64,000 nucleotides of DNA from Candidatus Magasanikiibacteriota bacterium (GTDB lineage: Bacteria > Patescibacteriota > Patescibacteriia > Magasanikbacterales > GWA2-37-8). The DNA lies in the NCBI GenBank assembly GCA_963802255.1, contig CAWDHY010000002.1, positions 83,984 to 147,983 of the forward strand. Reading direction: 5' to 3'. Both the position numbers and the translations under genes were made by a program. The notes beneath the pieces were generated by a model. The model made no database searches and had not been told where the DNA came from. It was given only the letters and a program-made list of their open reading frames with translations. Below are positions 40,485 to 49,895 of the stretch, in pieces; position 1 is the stretch's first letter, and each line of letters opens with the position of its first letter.

Positions 40485-41418
40485 CTAATTTTTTAAATTC
40501 CACTGATCAAAAATCACTTTCCGCGAATCGTTTTCATGAAATTTCAATACGCCATCTTCGATAATTACCGAGCGATCACTTTTGGTCGCCACTTCCTTTA
40601 TGGACATTTTCAGGCGTGCCAGCTGAAACTGTTTTGCCTGTTTTTCCAAAATATTTCCATAACTGCCGAGCCACATTGTCTCCCACGCACGCTGCCACAG
40701 AGCGCCAGCCTTCCCTTTTGGAGCGGCATTCAGATACAGTGATTTGCTTTTACGGCTTACATTAGGCAAATAATCATTTGTCCAGCTGTTGGCTTTAAGA
40801 AAACTGAAGTATAAATTATCGGGATCATATATTGGTACCATCTGATGAAGCCAATATATAAAATGAATATCATTTTTTACGGCACAAAGAGGCTGAAGAT
40901 CTAAATTTTTTTCATCAACAAAAAATGACAGGCAAATTTTATTTTTGTGTTTTTTACCAAAAGTCCGTAGTCCCCAAAATTTCAAAATTAAATTCGTAAA
41001 AAACCGCACGAGCCAAATTCGGCCGGGAAAAGATATTATAAAAAAATCAATATCACTGCCGTCGTGCGCCAAACCGGATCCGACCGAATTGCAAACAAAA
41101 ACCGCCCGCAAAAACGGGACGGACCTAATTTTTTTTACAGCCCTCAAGGCAATTTTTAATTTTGATTCGCTGACAACCAGCCGTTGCCGACGGCTCTCCA
41201 CCGTGCTATGCACGACCGGCCACAAAATAGTACCCGTATTTTTCCTGATGCACTCCGCCAAAATTATTTTCTTCAGAAAACATTGAAAGAATAAAATCTT
41301 CATAACTTAATCGCGGCGGCTGATACAAATACGCAAATAGTTCTTCTTTGGTAAGAGGGTAATCAAACAAATCAAAGTAAGCGAGAGTTTTACGGATTGA
41401 TTCGTTAAGCGGAGACAT
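40485..41418 (-). pseudogene. Nucleotidyltransferase-fold protein, frameshifted near 41210 (possible sequencing error)
   Basis: N-terminal part TLAYFDLFDYPLT..GYYFVAGR (41206-41418) continues in the +1 frame as STVESRRQR..CNSV..SDIDFFII. Confidence 0.7.
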
Positions 41419-41421
41419 GGG

Positions 41422-42207
41422 TTATTTATTAACCACTTGCCCTTCAATAACATTATTTTTTTCTGATGGTGCCACAGGAGTGTCATTGCTTCCTTTTTTC
41501 AACATATATGTCTGCTGAGCAACGGTAAAGAGAGTGCTAAAAAGCCAATATAAAGTTAATCCGGCCGGTAAAGAAACGCCGATCAGAACTGTCATTAAAG
41601 GCATAAAATACAACATTTGCTTATTCATCATCGCCATCATGCCCTCATCTTTTGCGCCGGCTCCGGCATTTTTTGGCGGCTGCTTTGAAAGCATACCTTT
41701 AGCCTGCCAAAACTGCGCTAAACCCGCCAAAATTGCCAAGATATAATTTTTTGTCGCCGCCATATCCAAAAAGCCGAAAGAAATCGAATTTAATTTGCCG
41801 GGGTTGCTGACAAAACTATATAACTCCGTGGAAAATTTATCCGCCATCAAAGAATCACGCATCACCATGTATAAAGCTATCAAAATTGGGAGTTGAATAA
41901 GAAGCGGAAGGCATGAAGCAAACGGATTTACTTTATTTTCTTTATAAACAGCCATCAGCATCGCCGCCTGCTTCTGCTGGTCATTGGCATATTCTTTTTT
42001 GATTGCATCTATTTTTGGCTGAATATCCTGAATGGACTTTTGTGCTTTTATTGACTTTGACGTGAGCGGATATACAATCAAACGCACCAAAATAGTAATA
42101 ATGATAATTACCACGCCTACATCATGACCGGGAATAACATTATAAAGACCGACAAATAAATTAAATATCGGCTGATAAAGTATTCCGTGAAAAAGTGTTG
42201 AAAACAT
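41422..42207 (-). CDS. yidC: Membrane protein insertase YidC (short form)
   Basis: IQPKIDAIKK, NPFASCLPLLIQLPIL, PAGLTLYW. Confidence 0.93.
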   Translation of the reverse strand: MFSTLFHGILYQPIFNLFVGLYNVIPGHDVGVVIIIITILVRLIVYPLTSKSIKAQKSIQDIQPKIDAIKKEYANDQQKQAAMLMAVYKENKVNPFASCLPLLIQLPILIALYMVMRDSLMADKFSTELYSFVSNPGKLNSISFGFLDMAATKNYILAILAGLAQFWQAKGMLSKQPPKNAGAGAKDEGMMAMMNKQMLYFMPLMTVLIGVSLPAGLTLYWLFSTLFTVAQQTYMLKKGSNDTPVAPSEKNNVIEGQVVNK

Positions 42208-42212
42208 AAATA

Positions 42213-43502
42213 TTATTCTTTAGTTTCGTCATTTTTTTCTTCAACCTTTGCTGTCTCTTCTACTTTTTCAACTTTCTCGTCTTTCGCTGGTTCTCCGGCC
42301 TTTTCTGCTTCTTCAACCACCGGTTCTGCAACTGCAACTTCTTCACTGGATAATTCTTGCGTTCCACCCTCTTCTTTAACTTTTATTTTCCAGTCAGTCA
42401 AAGCGGATGCCAACCGGACATTTTGGCCGTTGCGTCCGATGGCCAAAGAGAATTGATCGGCCGCTACATATACCTCAGCCTCTTTTACATCATTATTTAT
42501 TTCAACGCGCATTACTTTTGCCGGAGACAAGGCGTTTCCGATATACACCGCCGGATCTTCGTTCCACTTAATTACATCAATTTTTTCTCCGCCCAACTCT
42601 TCAATAATCGTATTAATACGACCACCACGCTGGCCAATACATGAACCAATCGGATCAATTGAATTGTCATCTGTAAAAACAGCCACTTTTGACCGAAAAC
42701 CGGCATCGCGGGCAATTCCTTTTATCTCAATAGAACCATCACCGATTTCAGGAATTTCTTGACGAAAAATTTCTTCAACCATGCCGGAGCTGTTTCTGGA
42801 GAGTACTATTTCCGGACCGCGCACAGTCATATTTACGGCTAAGACAAAAAATTTCATACGACTGCCGGGCCGATAAAACTCACGGCTTGTCTGTTGGTCT
42901 GAAGGCATAATGGCCGTTACCTTACCCAAATCAACCAGCACTTTGCGCCCTTCCACGCGTTGAATCGTACCAATGATTATTTTTCCCTCTTGATCCTTAT
43001 ATGACCCATAAACCATATTACGCTCAGCCTCACGAATTTTCTGAATAATAACCTGTTTAGCTGTCTGCGCCGCCATGCGTCCAAAGTCATGCGGAATTTC
43101 AAGAGGTATTTCCAAAACATCACCAAGTTTAGCTTTTTTATTTACAGCTTTTGCTTCGGAAATCATCATCTCCGTTTTAGGATTAAAATGAGGCAGATCT
43201 GCCACCTCTTCTTCAGTCATTTCTCTTCCTTCTTCGCGCGCCTTTTCACGGCGTTCTGTCAGCTCTTCCTGCGCTTTTTCCAATACCTCCGGTTCAATAT
43301 CTTCAACAACAATTTTAACATCCCAAGCTAATGTATCGCCGGTTTCGGGATCAAATTTTACCTTGATATTCTGCTGTTTATTGCCGAAATCTTTACGATA
43401 AGCGGCCGCCAACGCAGCTTCAATTGTTTCCATCACGACTTCAAAAGACAGGTTCTTTTCTTCGCAAAGAGTCTGAATAGCTTTAGTTATTTCACTAGGC
43501 AT
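42213..43502 (-). CDS. nusA: Transcription factor NusA
   Basis: FGRMAAQTAKQVIIQKIREAER, LAIGRNGQNVRLAS. Confidence 0.97.
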   Translation of the reverse strand: MPSEITKAIQTLCEEKNLSFEVVMETIEAALAAAYRKDFGNKQQNIKVKFDPETGDTLAWDVKIVVEDIEPEVLEKAQEELTERREKAREEGREMTEEEVADLPHFNPKTEMMISEAKAVNKKAKLGDVLEIPLEIPHDFGRMAAQTAKQVIIQKIREAERNMVYGSYKDQEGKIIIGTIQRVEGRKVLVDLGKVTAIMPSDQQTSREFYRPGSRMKFFVLAVNMTVRGPEIVLSRNSSGMVEEIFRQEIPEIGDGSIEIKGIARDAGFRSKVAVFTDDNSIDPIGSCIGQRGGRINTIIEELGGEKIDVIKWNEDPAVYIGNALSPAKVMRVEINNDVKEAEVYVAADQFSLAIGRNGQNVRLASALTDWKIKVKEEGGTQELSSEEVAVAEPVVEEAEKAGEPAKDEKVEKVEETAKVEEKNDETKE

Positions 43503-43598
43503 ATATAAAAAATGATTAACAAAAAAGCAACTTCATGATTGAAGCGCTTTATTAGTAATAATATAGCACGCTCCAACCAATTTGTCAAACCAACTAAA

Positions 43599-44369
43599 CT
43601 AAGGTGAAACCGTGGCGATTTTAACTTTTCCTTTTGGTGTTTCGCCAACAACCTTCACTTTATCCCCCACATCCAAAAATTTATACAATTTTTCTACGTC
43701 TTTATATGCGATATTTACACATCCGTGGCTCATCGGTCTTATACCAAATTGATTGTGCCAATAAGCGCCATGCAAATAATAACTGCGTTTGAACTCCAGG
43801 TTCCATTTTGTGTTTGGCAAATCATAACCTGGCCCGCGATAATGTACAATCGGGACTTTTCTTAATATATTGAATTCTCCTTTCGGAGTTTCCATACCGG
43901 TTAAACCTGTTGATACCGGTATTGTGCCAATCTTAACTCCGTTTAAATAATAATCCAGCGTCTGTGTTGTCCGGTTTACTTCCGCATAACGCGACACATC
44001 CCTGCTGTTTGGACCGGCGAAAGGATTGTATCCATTTTGGACTTCTTCACCATCAAGATAACCATCATAATCCGTATCGGAATTTGTTAAATCAGACCGT
44101 AGAGCAATTTCCAGATAGTCATTTAAACCATCAGAATCAGTATCAACAGCGGACAGTTTCGCTTTGTTCCCATGTAACGGAGAATATCCGTTTTGTATTT
44201 CCCAGCCGTCAGGATATCCATCTCCATCCGTATCTTTCAAATTCGGATTGGTGTGATATATCATCACTTCATCCTGATCTTTAAGACCGTCAGCGTCAAG
44301 GTCATATGGCGTTGAAGAAACGCTAAAACCAGCCAAAATTGTGGTTGTCGCAATTGTCGCTAAAATCAT
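43599..44369 (-). CDS. L,D-transpeptidase (YkuD) with N-terminal Ca-binding DxDGDG repeats
   Basis: Signal peptide, DTDGDGYPDGWE-type repeats, LHGAYWHN..SHGCVN. Confidence 0.9.
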   Translation of the reverse strand: MILATIATTTILAGFSVSSTPYDLDADGLKDQDEVMIYHTNPNLKDTDGDGYPDGWEIQNGYSPLHGNKAKLSAVDTDSDGLNDYLEIALRSDLTNSDTDYDGYLDGEEVQNGYNPFAGPNSRDVSRYAEVNRTTQTLDYYLNGVKIGTIPVSTGLTGMETPKGEFNILRKVPIVHYRGPGYDLPNTKWNLEFKRSYYLHGAYWHNQFGIRPMSHGCVNIAYKDVEKLYKFLDVGDKVKVVGETPKGKVKIATVSP

Positions 44370-44395
44370 ATTTCTATGCTTCTCTCCCCTGTAAA

Positions 44396-45253
44396 TTACC
44401 TTAATATTATATCATTTTTCTCATCTGTTCGCCAAATTTCGGCACCTGTCCGCTCAAGCTTTCTGATAACCCGAAGTGAGGGGTGCCCAAAACGATTTTT
44501 TCCCACAGAAATAACAGCAAATTGTGGCGATACGGCGTTGATAAAGTCTTCCCCGGATGAGCTATCCGAACCATGATGGGCCACTTTTAAATAATCGGAT
44601 TTAAGCGATTCACAGCTTGATAAAATTGTACTCGTAGAACAATAATGCAATAAAATTTCATCTTCAGATTTTTCTTCAATGTCACCGGTAAAAAATACTG
44701 TCGTCGTACCATATATCAGACGAAAAGCCAGGGAACCGTTATTTTCAGAAAGCTGATTTGAATCTTTTTGCGGACCATAAAAAATAATTTTTGCCTCACC
44801 GTCATTCATCTCTTGATTTGCCACAGCCACACTTACCCGGGCGCCTTCAAGCGCCAGATATTTCTCCCAAACCTGCCAATACGAGTCCCCCTCTTTTTCA
44901 CCGCCATTGGTAATAATATTTTTTACTTCATATCTTTTTAAGACGTCAGAACATCCGCCATAATGGTCCATATCCGGATGAGTGATAAGAAGATAATCAA
45001 GAGTCCGGTCGTAAAAAGGCAAATACTCCCCCAATTTATGCAGCACATCACGGTTTGGACCGCAGTCAACAAGCATTTTGGCTCCACTGGGAAAACGAAT
45101 CAAAGCTGAATCACCCTGGCCAACGTTAAAAAAAACAACTTTAAAATCAGGCCCTGAAGAAAATTTTAAAAATAACAAAACAACAGCAACTATCAAAAAA
45201 ATTAAAGCTGCTGTTAATACTATTTTTGCGCGACCACTATCTGGTTCACCCAT
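44396..45253 (-). CDS. ComEC-type metallo-beta-lactamase domain protein
   Basis: NVGQGDS, THPDMDHYGG, FTGDI, KVAHHGS, FGHP. Confidence 0.9.
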   Translation of the reverse strand: MGEPDSGRAKIVLTAALIFLIVAVVLLFLKFSSGPDFKVVFFNVGQGDSALIRFPSGAKMLVDCGPNRDVLHKLGEYLPFYDRTLDYLLITHPDMDHYGGCSDVLKRYEVKNIITNGGEKEGDSYWQVWEKYLALEGARVSVAVANQEMNDGEAKIIFYGPQKDSNQLSENNGSLAFRLIYGTTTVFFTGDIEEKSEDEILLHYCSTSTILSSCESLKSDYLKVAHHGSDSSSGEDFINAVSPQFAVISVGKNRFGHPSLRVIRKLERTGAEIWRTDEKNDIILR

Positions 45254-45807
45254 AAATCTTTTTCTTTTACCAAAATTTCCTTCTCAATATTAAAGGCAAG
45301 AGATTGCAGCATCTCTCTGATTTTTTCCGGCCGATGATAATATGATTCAATTTTTATTACCCCTTCCGGTGTCGCAATTTCCGGAGGTTCTTTCTGGTTG
45401 ATATTTGTCAGTATCAGCCGACCGCCCTCTTTAAGCACTCGGTATGATTCATCAAAAAAACTCGACGGATCTTTCAGGTGGACAATCAAAAAAGCAGCCA
45501 AAATGTAATCAAATGAATTATCGGCAAATGGAAGAGATTCGGCATCTCCAACTTGAGTTTGTACAGCCGGTGCTTTCTTGTTCAGCTCTCTAAGCATTGA
45601 AGCGGATAAATCCAAGGCCGTAACTTTTGCTCCCAGCTTATTCAGCGGGACAGAAAGCCTGCCTGTGCCGGCACCAACATCCAAGACAGATTTATTTTTC
45701 ACTGTGCCAAAAAGAGGTAAAAGCAGGCCTTTTTCAAAGCTGTTTAAATATGCCTCCTTTTTGTCATAACCGGCGGCAGCCAAACCATAACCCTTCAAAG
45801 AAGACAT
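45220..45807 (-). CDS. Class I SAM-dependent methyltransferase
   Basis: VLDVGAGTGR, GDAESLPF, RVLKEGG; start overlaps the comEC stop (TAATG). Confidence 0.88.
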   Translation of the reverse strand: MSSLKGYGLAAAGYDKKEAYLNSFEKGLLLPLFGTVKNKSVLDVGAGTGRLSVPLNKLGAKVTALDLSASMLRELNKKAPAVQTQVGDAESLPFADNSFDYILAAFLIVHLKDPSSFFDESYRVLKEGGRLILTNINQKEPPEIATPEGVIKIESYYHRPEKIREMLQSLAFNIEKEILVKEKDLWVNQIVVAQK

Positions 45808-47231
45808 TATTGTAATTTTTTGTTTTGCCATAAAAATATTCTATACAACAATAAATATAACATAATCATCAGCCACCAGGGAAGCTTGCACGGAACCGAC
45901 GACCATTCCTGACGGCCGATAATTTGAACGATGAACAATATATACTTTAATCCAAATCCCGTCACCCATGCAAGAATTTGCCCTATCGGATAAAAGATGA
46001 AACTTGAAATAAGCGATAAAAAACCGAATAGCATTATGTATGGAATAAGCCAAAGAACAAATAAATTGACCGGCAAAGCTACAACGGACAAACGGCCAAA
46101 ATGATATAAAATTAGCGGAAGAGTAGCTACAATAGCTGAAAAAGTTGTCTTAACAACACTATCTCCATTGGCTAGAAACAGTATCCCGGCAGTGGCGGCA
46201 AAAGAAAGCTGAAAACCGACATCCCAAATTAATACATACGGATTAACAAGTACCATGAGTGTGGCGGCAAAAATTAAAGCCGGACTGGCGCGCGACGGCC
46301 TGCCAAAATATTGTCCAAGAAGTACAACCGACCCCATAATGCCTGCCCGCACCGCTGATGCGGATGCTCCGGTAAAAATGACAAATATTATGATGCAAAA
46401 AAGAGCAACCCAAAGCGCCTGACGCCGATAAAATCCGGCCAAAATTAAAAGCGTCATAAGAGCAGCGGCAATAATCGTGATATTGTATCCGGATACGGCT
46501 ACAATATGACTTAGACCTACCCTGGAAAAATTATCCGTAATACTTTTTGGCATAGTGGCACGCTCGCCATAAAGCAAACCGCCGATAAGCGATGACTGCG
46601 GTTCCGGCCAAAGAACTGCAACTTTTCCGGCGACAATATTTTTTAGCGCAAAAATATACCCCAAAAATGTTTTGTTATGCCCGGTAAATTCCGCGACAGG
46701 ATTTACGCAAACCAACGAAACGCCCTGAGTCAGCAAATATTTATCATATTGAAAATCGCCGCCCGGCATTGAATAAGGTTCTTCTAAATAGCACCGTATT
46801 TTAACCGAATCTCCATAGCGATATTCAGGGTATAAAGGAAGCTTAATCAAAATTCTATCGGGAATTGTTTTGCTTCTTATCATATATTCGGCCTGACTCG
46901 TGCCAATTTTTGGTTCAGCGACAATTATTGCGTTAAATTCGAGTTCTTCGCCGAGATAATTTTGCATATCTGGTACAACCGATAAATAGCGCCAACAACC
47001 GGCTATTACTATTGCTAAAGAGATGAATATAAAACGCATTTTTTTATTTTTCCAATACCAGGCGATAAAAAATATGGCGACCAAAAGGAGTCTGTAAAAA
47101 AACATGACCCATTTCTTGTCCGTATTTATTAGTGACATAACCGCAATGCCGGCCAAAAAACAAAAACAAAACGCCAGAAACGTTTTGCTTTTTGAATTTA
47201 TTATTTTATCAAACCCCTCCCTCAAAACCAT
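45807..47231 (-). CDS. comEC: ComEC competence membrane channel (DUF4131 + Competence domain)
   Basis: GLSHIVAVSGYN, SAVRAGIM, DVGFQLSF. Confidence 0.92.
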   Translation of the reverse strand: MVLREGFDKIINSKSKTFLAFCFCFLAGIAVMSLINTDKKWVMFFYRLLLVAIFFIAWYWKNKKMRFIFISLAIVIAGCWRYLSVVPDMQNYLGEELEFNAIIVAEPKIGTSQAEYMIRSKTIPDRILIKLPLYPEYRYGDSVKIRCYLEEPYSMPGGDFQYDKYLLTQGVSLVCVNPVAEFTGHNKTFLGYIFALKNIVAGKVAVLWPEPQSSLIGGLLYGERATMPKSITDNFSRVGLSHIVAVSGYNITIIAAALMTLLILAGFYRRQALWVALFCIIIFVIFTGASASAVRAGIMGSVVLLGQYFGRPSRASPALIFAATLMVLVNPYVLIWDVGFQLSFAATAGILFLANGDSVVKTTFSAIVATLPLILYHFGRLSVVALPVNLFVLWLIPYIMLFGFLSLISSFIFYPIGQILAWVTGFGLKYILFIVQIIGRQEWSSVPCKLPWWLMIMLYLLLYRIFLWQNKKLQ

Positions 47232-47233
47232 AA

Positions 47234-49720
47234 TTAGATCACTATGCTGACCAGTTTTCCTTTTACATAAATTACTTTCTTCGGTTCTCTTCCGTTAAGC
47301 CATTTTTGCACCTTTTCACTTGTCAGAGCCAAATCTTTGGCTTCCGATTCAGATATTTCCGCCGAAACTTCCAAAGTATCACGCAATTTGCCATTAACCT
47401 GTACAGCCAGAGTAATTTCAGAATCTTTTGCCAATTTTTCATCGTATTCCGGCCATTTTTCCAGAGCCAAACAGGATTTACAACCAAGCGTCTGCCAAAT
47501 TTCTTCACACATATGCGGGGCAAAAGGCGATAATATTAAAATCAGCAAACCATAATATTCACCGCTTATTTTTTCTTCCTTTGATATTTCATTTATCAGC
47601 TCCATCATCTTCGCAATCGCGGTATTAAAGCGTAGTGACTCAACATTGTGCGTTACTTTTTTGATAGTTTGATGCATTATCCGTGTCATTCTTTCCGGCA
47701 CCGTATATTCAGAATCAATTTTTTCCTGTAAATGCCAGATACGCTCCAGAAATCTGCGGACACCTTTAACCCCATTAGTGTCCCAGGGCTTATCCGCTTC
47801 AAGTGGCCCCATGAACATCTCATAACAGCGCATTGTATCAGCGCCAAATTCTTCAACCACATCTGTCGGATTTATCACATTACCCCAGCGTTTACTCATT
47901 TTATGATTATCTTCGCCCAAAATCATACCTTGATGGCGATGCTTCAAAAACGGTTCGTCAAAATCAATATAACCGGCGTCAAATAATACTTTTGTAAAAA
48001 ATCGGGCATACAAAAGATGGCTGTTAACATGTTCCGGACCACCCAAATAAAAATCCACGGGCATCCATGTTTTAAGGGATTCAGCGGAAGCAAATGCTTT
48101 GTCATTATGCGGGTCAAGATAGCGATAAAAATACCAGCTGGAACACATAAAAGTGTCCAGTGTATCCGGTTCACGATGCCAGCCTTTACCATATTTTTTC
48201 TCAACGCCCTTGTTAAAACTTTTTGAATAATTTAAAGGCGATTCACCGGTTGGCTTAAAATCAACATCATCGGGTAAAATTACCGGTAAATCTTCTTCCG
48301 GCACCGGATGTAATTCATTTTTATCGTCATAAAGAACCGGAATTGGCGCGCCCCAAAATCGCTGACGTGAAACAGACCAGTCGCGGAGTTTGTATTGGAT
48401 TTTTCGTTTTCCCTTCCCCTCTTTTTCCAGCCAATCAATAATTTTTTTTGATGCCTCTTTGGTAGATAGACCGTTTATGAAACCAGAATTAATTGAGACG
48501 CCTTCGCCGGTAAAACATTTTTTTTCAGCGCCCTCCTGGATTCCCGCCTGCGCGGGAATGACAACTTCTGTAATCTCCAAACCATATTTTTTGGCAAACT
48601 CAAAATCACGCTCATCATGAGCCGGAACGGCCATAATAGCACCAAAGCCATAAGAAGCCAAAACATAGTCGGCGATAAAAACCGAAACTTCTTCATTGTT
48701 GACTGGATTAATAGCCTTAACACCTTTCAGCTCTACGCCGGTCTTATCTTTTTGTGTCTGACGATCAAGGTCGGTTTTTAATTTTGTTTCGTTTATATAT
48801 TTTTCAACTTCATCCCAGTTTTGAATCTTATCTTTCAATTTATCTAACAACTTATGCTCTGGCGCTAAAACCATAAAAGTAGCGCCAAACAAAGTATCCG
48901 GACGGGTGGTAAAAACTTCAATTGTCATCCCCGACCCGGTCGGGGATCCAGAGGGTGACTGGATTCCCGCCGGAGCCTGCCCTCGACTACGATCGGGGGC
49001 GGGAATGACATTAAACGAAACCTCAGCGCCTTCACTGCGCCCGATCCAATCCTTCTGCCGTTTCTTTGTTTCTTCCGGCCAATCCAGTTTATCCAAATCA
49101 TTTATCAGCCGGTCGGCATAATCGGTAATTTTTAAATACCACTGTTCCATTTCGCGCTGTTCAACAATAGTTTCGCAACGCTCACACTTGCCATCTGTGG
49201 TCACTTGCTCATTGGCAAGAACCGTCTTGCATGAATCACACCAATTTACAGACTGTTTTTTTCGGTAGGCCAAACCGCGTTTGTAAAACAAAAGAAAAAA
49301 CCATTGCGTCCATTTATAATAATCCGGATTATGAGAACCGACTTCCCTACCCCAGTCGGCTGAAACTCCGAGCACCTTTATCTGCCGTCTAAACATATCT
49401 ATCGCCTGGTCGGTGCTTTTTCGTGGGTGAACATTAGTTTTAATCGCATAATTTTCCGCCGGCAAACCAAAAGCATCCCAGCCAATCACCTGCAAGACTT
49501 TTTTACCCGTCATACGCTTATAGCGGGCAAAAATATCACAAGCAGTATAAACTTCGGCATGGCCGACATGCAGGCCCGAGCCGGACGGATACGGCAACTG
49601 TGGCAAAATGTAATATTTATCGCCGCGCGAGGCGTCAATTGGCGTTTGGAAGATTTTTTCTTTTTCCCAGCGTTTCTGCCATTTTTTTTCAATTTTCGCC
49701 GGATTGTATGAATTGCCCAT
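47234..49720 (-). CDS. leuS: Leucyl-tRNA synthetase, with two in-frame repeat insertions
   Basis: PYPSGSGLHVGH, FTTRPDT, DWSVSRQRFWG, KMSKR. Confidence 0.97.
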   Translation of the reverse strand: MGNSYNPAKIEKKWQKRWEKEKIFQTPIDASRGDKYYILPQLPYPSGSGLHVGHAEVYTACDIFARYKRMTGKKVLQVIGWDAFGLPAENYAIKTNVHPRKSTDQAIDMFRRQIKVLGVSADWGREVGSHNPDYYKWTQWFFLLFYKRGLAYRKKQSVNWCDSCKTVLANEQVTTDGKCERCETIVEQREMEQWYLKITDYADRLINDLDKLDWPEETKKRQKDWIGRSEGAEVSFNVIPAPDRSRGQAPAGIQSPSGSPTGSGMTIEVFTTRPDTLFGATFMVLAPEHKLLDKLKDKIQNWDEVEKYINETKLKTDLDRQTQKDKTGVELKGVKAINPVNNEEVSVFIADYVLASYGFGAIMAVPAHDERDFEFAKKYGLEITEVVIPAQAGIQEGAEKKCFTGEGVSINSGFINGLSTKEASKKIIDWLEKEGKGKRKIQYKLRDWSVSRQRFWGAPIPVLYDDKNELHPVPEEDLPVILPDDVDFKPTGESPLNYSKSFNKGVEKKYGKGWHREPDTLDTFMCSSWYFYRYLDPHNDKAFASAESLKTWMPVDFYLGGPEHVNSHLLYARFFTKVLFDAGYIDFDEPFLKHRHQGMILGEDNHKMSKRWGNVINPTDVVEEFGADTMRCYEMFMGPLEADKPWDTNGVKGVRRFLERIWHLQEKIDSEYTVPERMTRIMHQTIKKVTHNVESLRFNTAIAKMMELINEISKEEKISGEYYGLLILILSPFAPHMCEEIWQTLGCKSCLALEKWPEYDEKLAKDSEITLAVQVNGKLRDTLEVSAEISESEAKDLALTSEKVQKWLNGREPKKVIYVKGKLVSIVI
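48536..48563 (-). repeat. Single TGTC-tagged palindrome (family B, dRS3-like) inside leuS
   Basis: TGTCATTCCCGCGCAGGCGGGAATCCAG; encodes VIPAQAGIQ. Confidence 0.9.
48923..49010. repeat. Inverted doublet of family B palindromes inside leuS
   Basis: TGTCATCCCCGACCCGGTCGGGGATCCAG, 7 bp, CTGGATTCCCGC...GCGGGAATGACA. Confidence 0.9.
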
Positions 49721-49776
49721 AAATCGAATTAGTGCTTAATATTATAGAAAAAATGCGGGTAAAAGTAAAGATGACA

Positions 49777-49855
49777 ATAAAAAACCCGCCAGAGGTCAAG
49801 CGACATGGCGGGTAAATGAACGAATGTAGATTAAAGAGCGGATGTTGAGGCAGGG
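49777..49855 (-). repeat. Conserved 3' non-coding element with terminator, copy 1
   Basis: Closely similar to 63221-63301; ends in ACCCGCCA/TGGCGGGT plus a T tract. Confidence 0.85.
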
Positions 49856-49895
49856 CTATATTTTCCCTCATGAATATGAGGGATGGCGACGGTTC

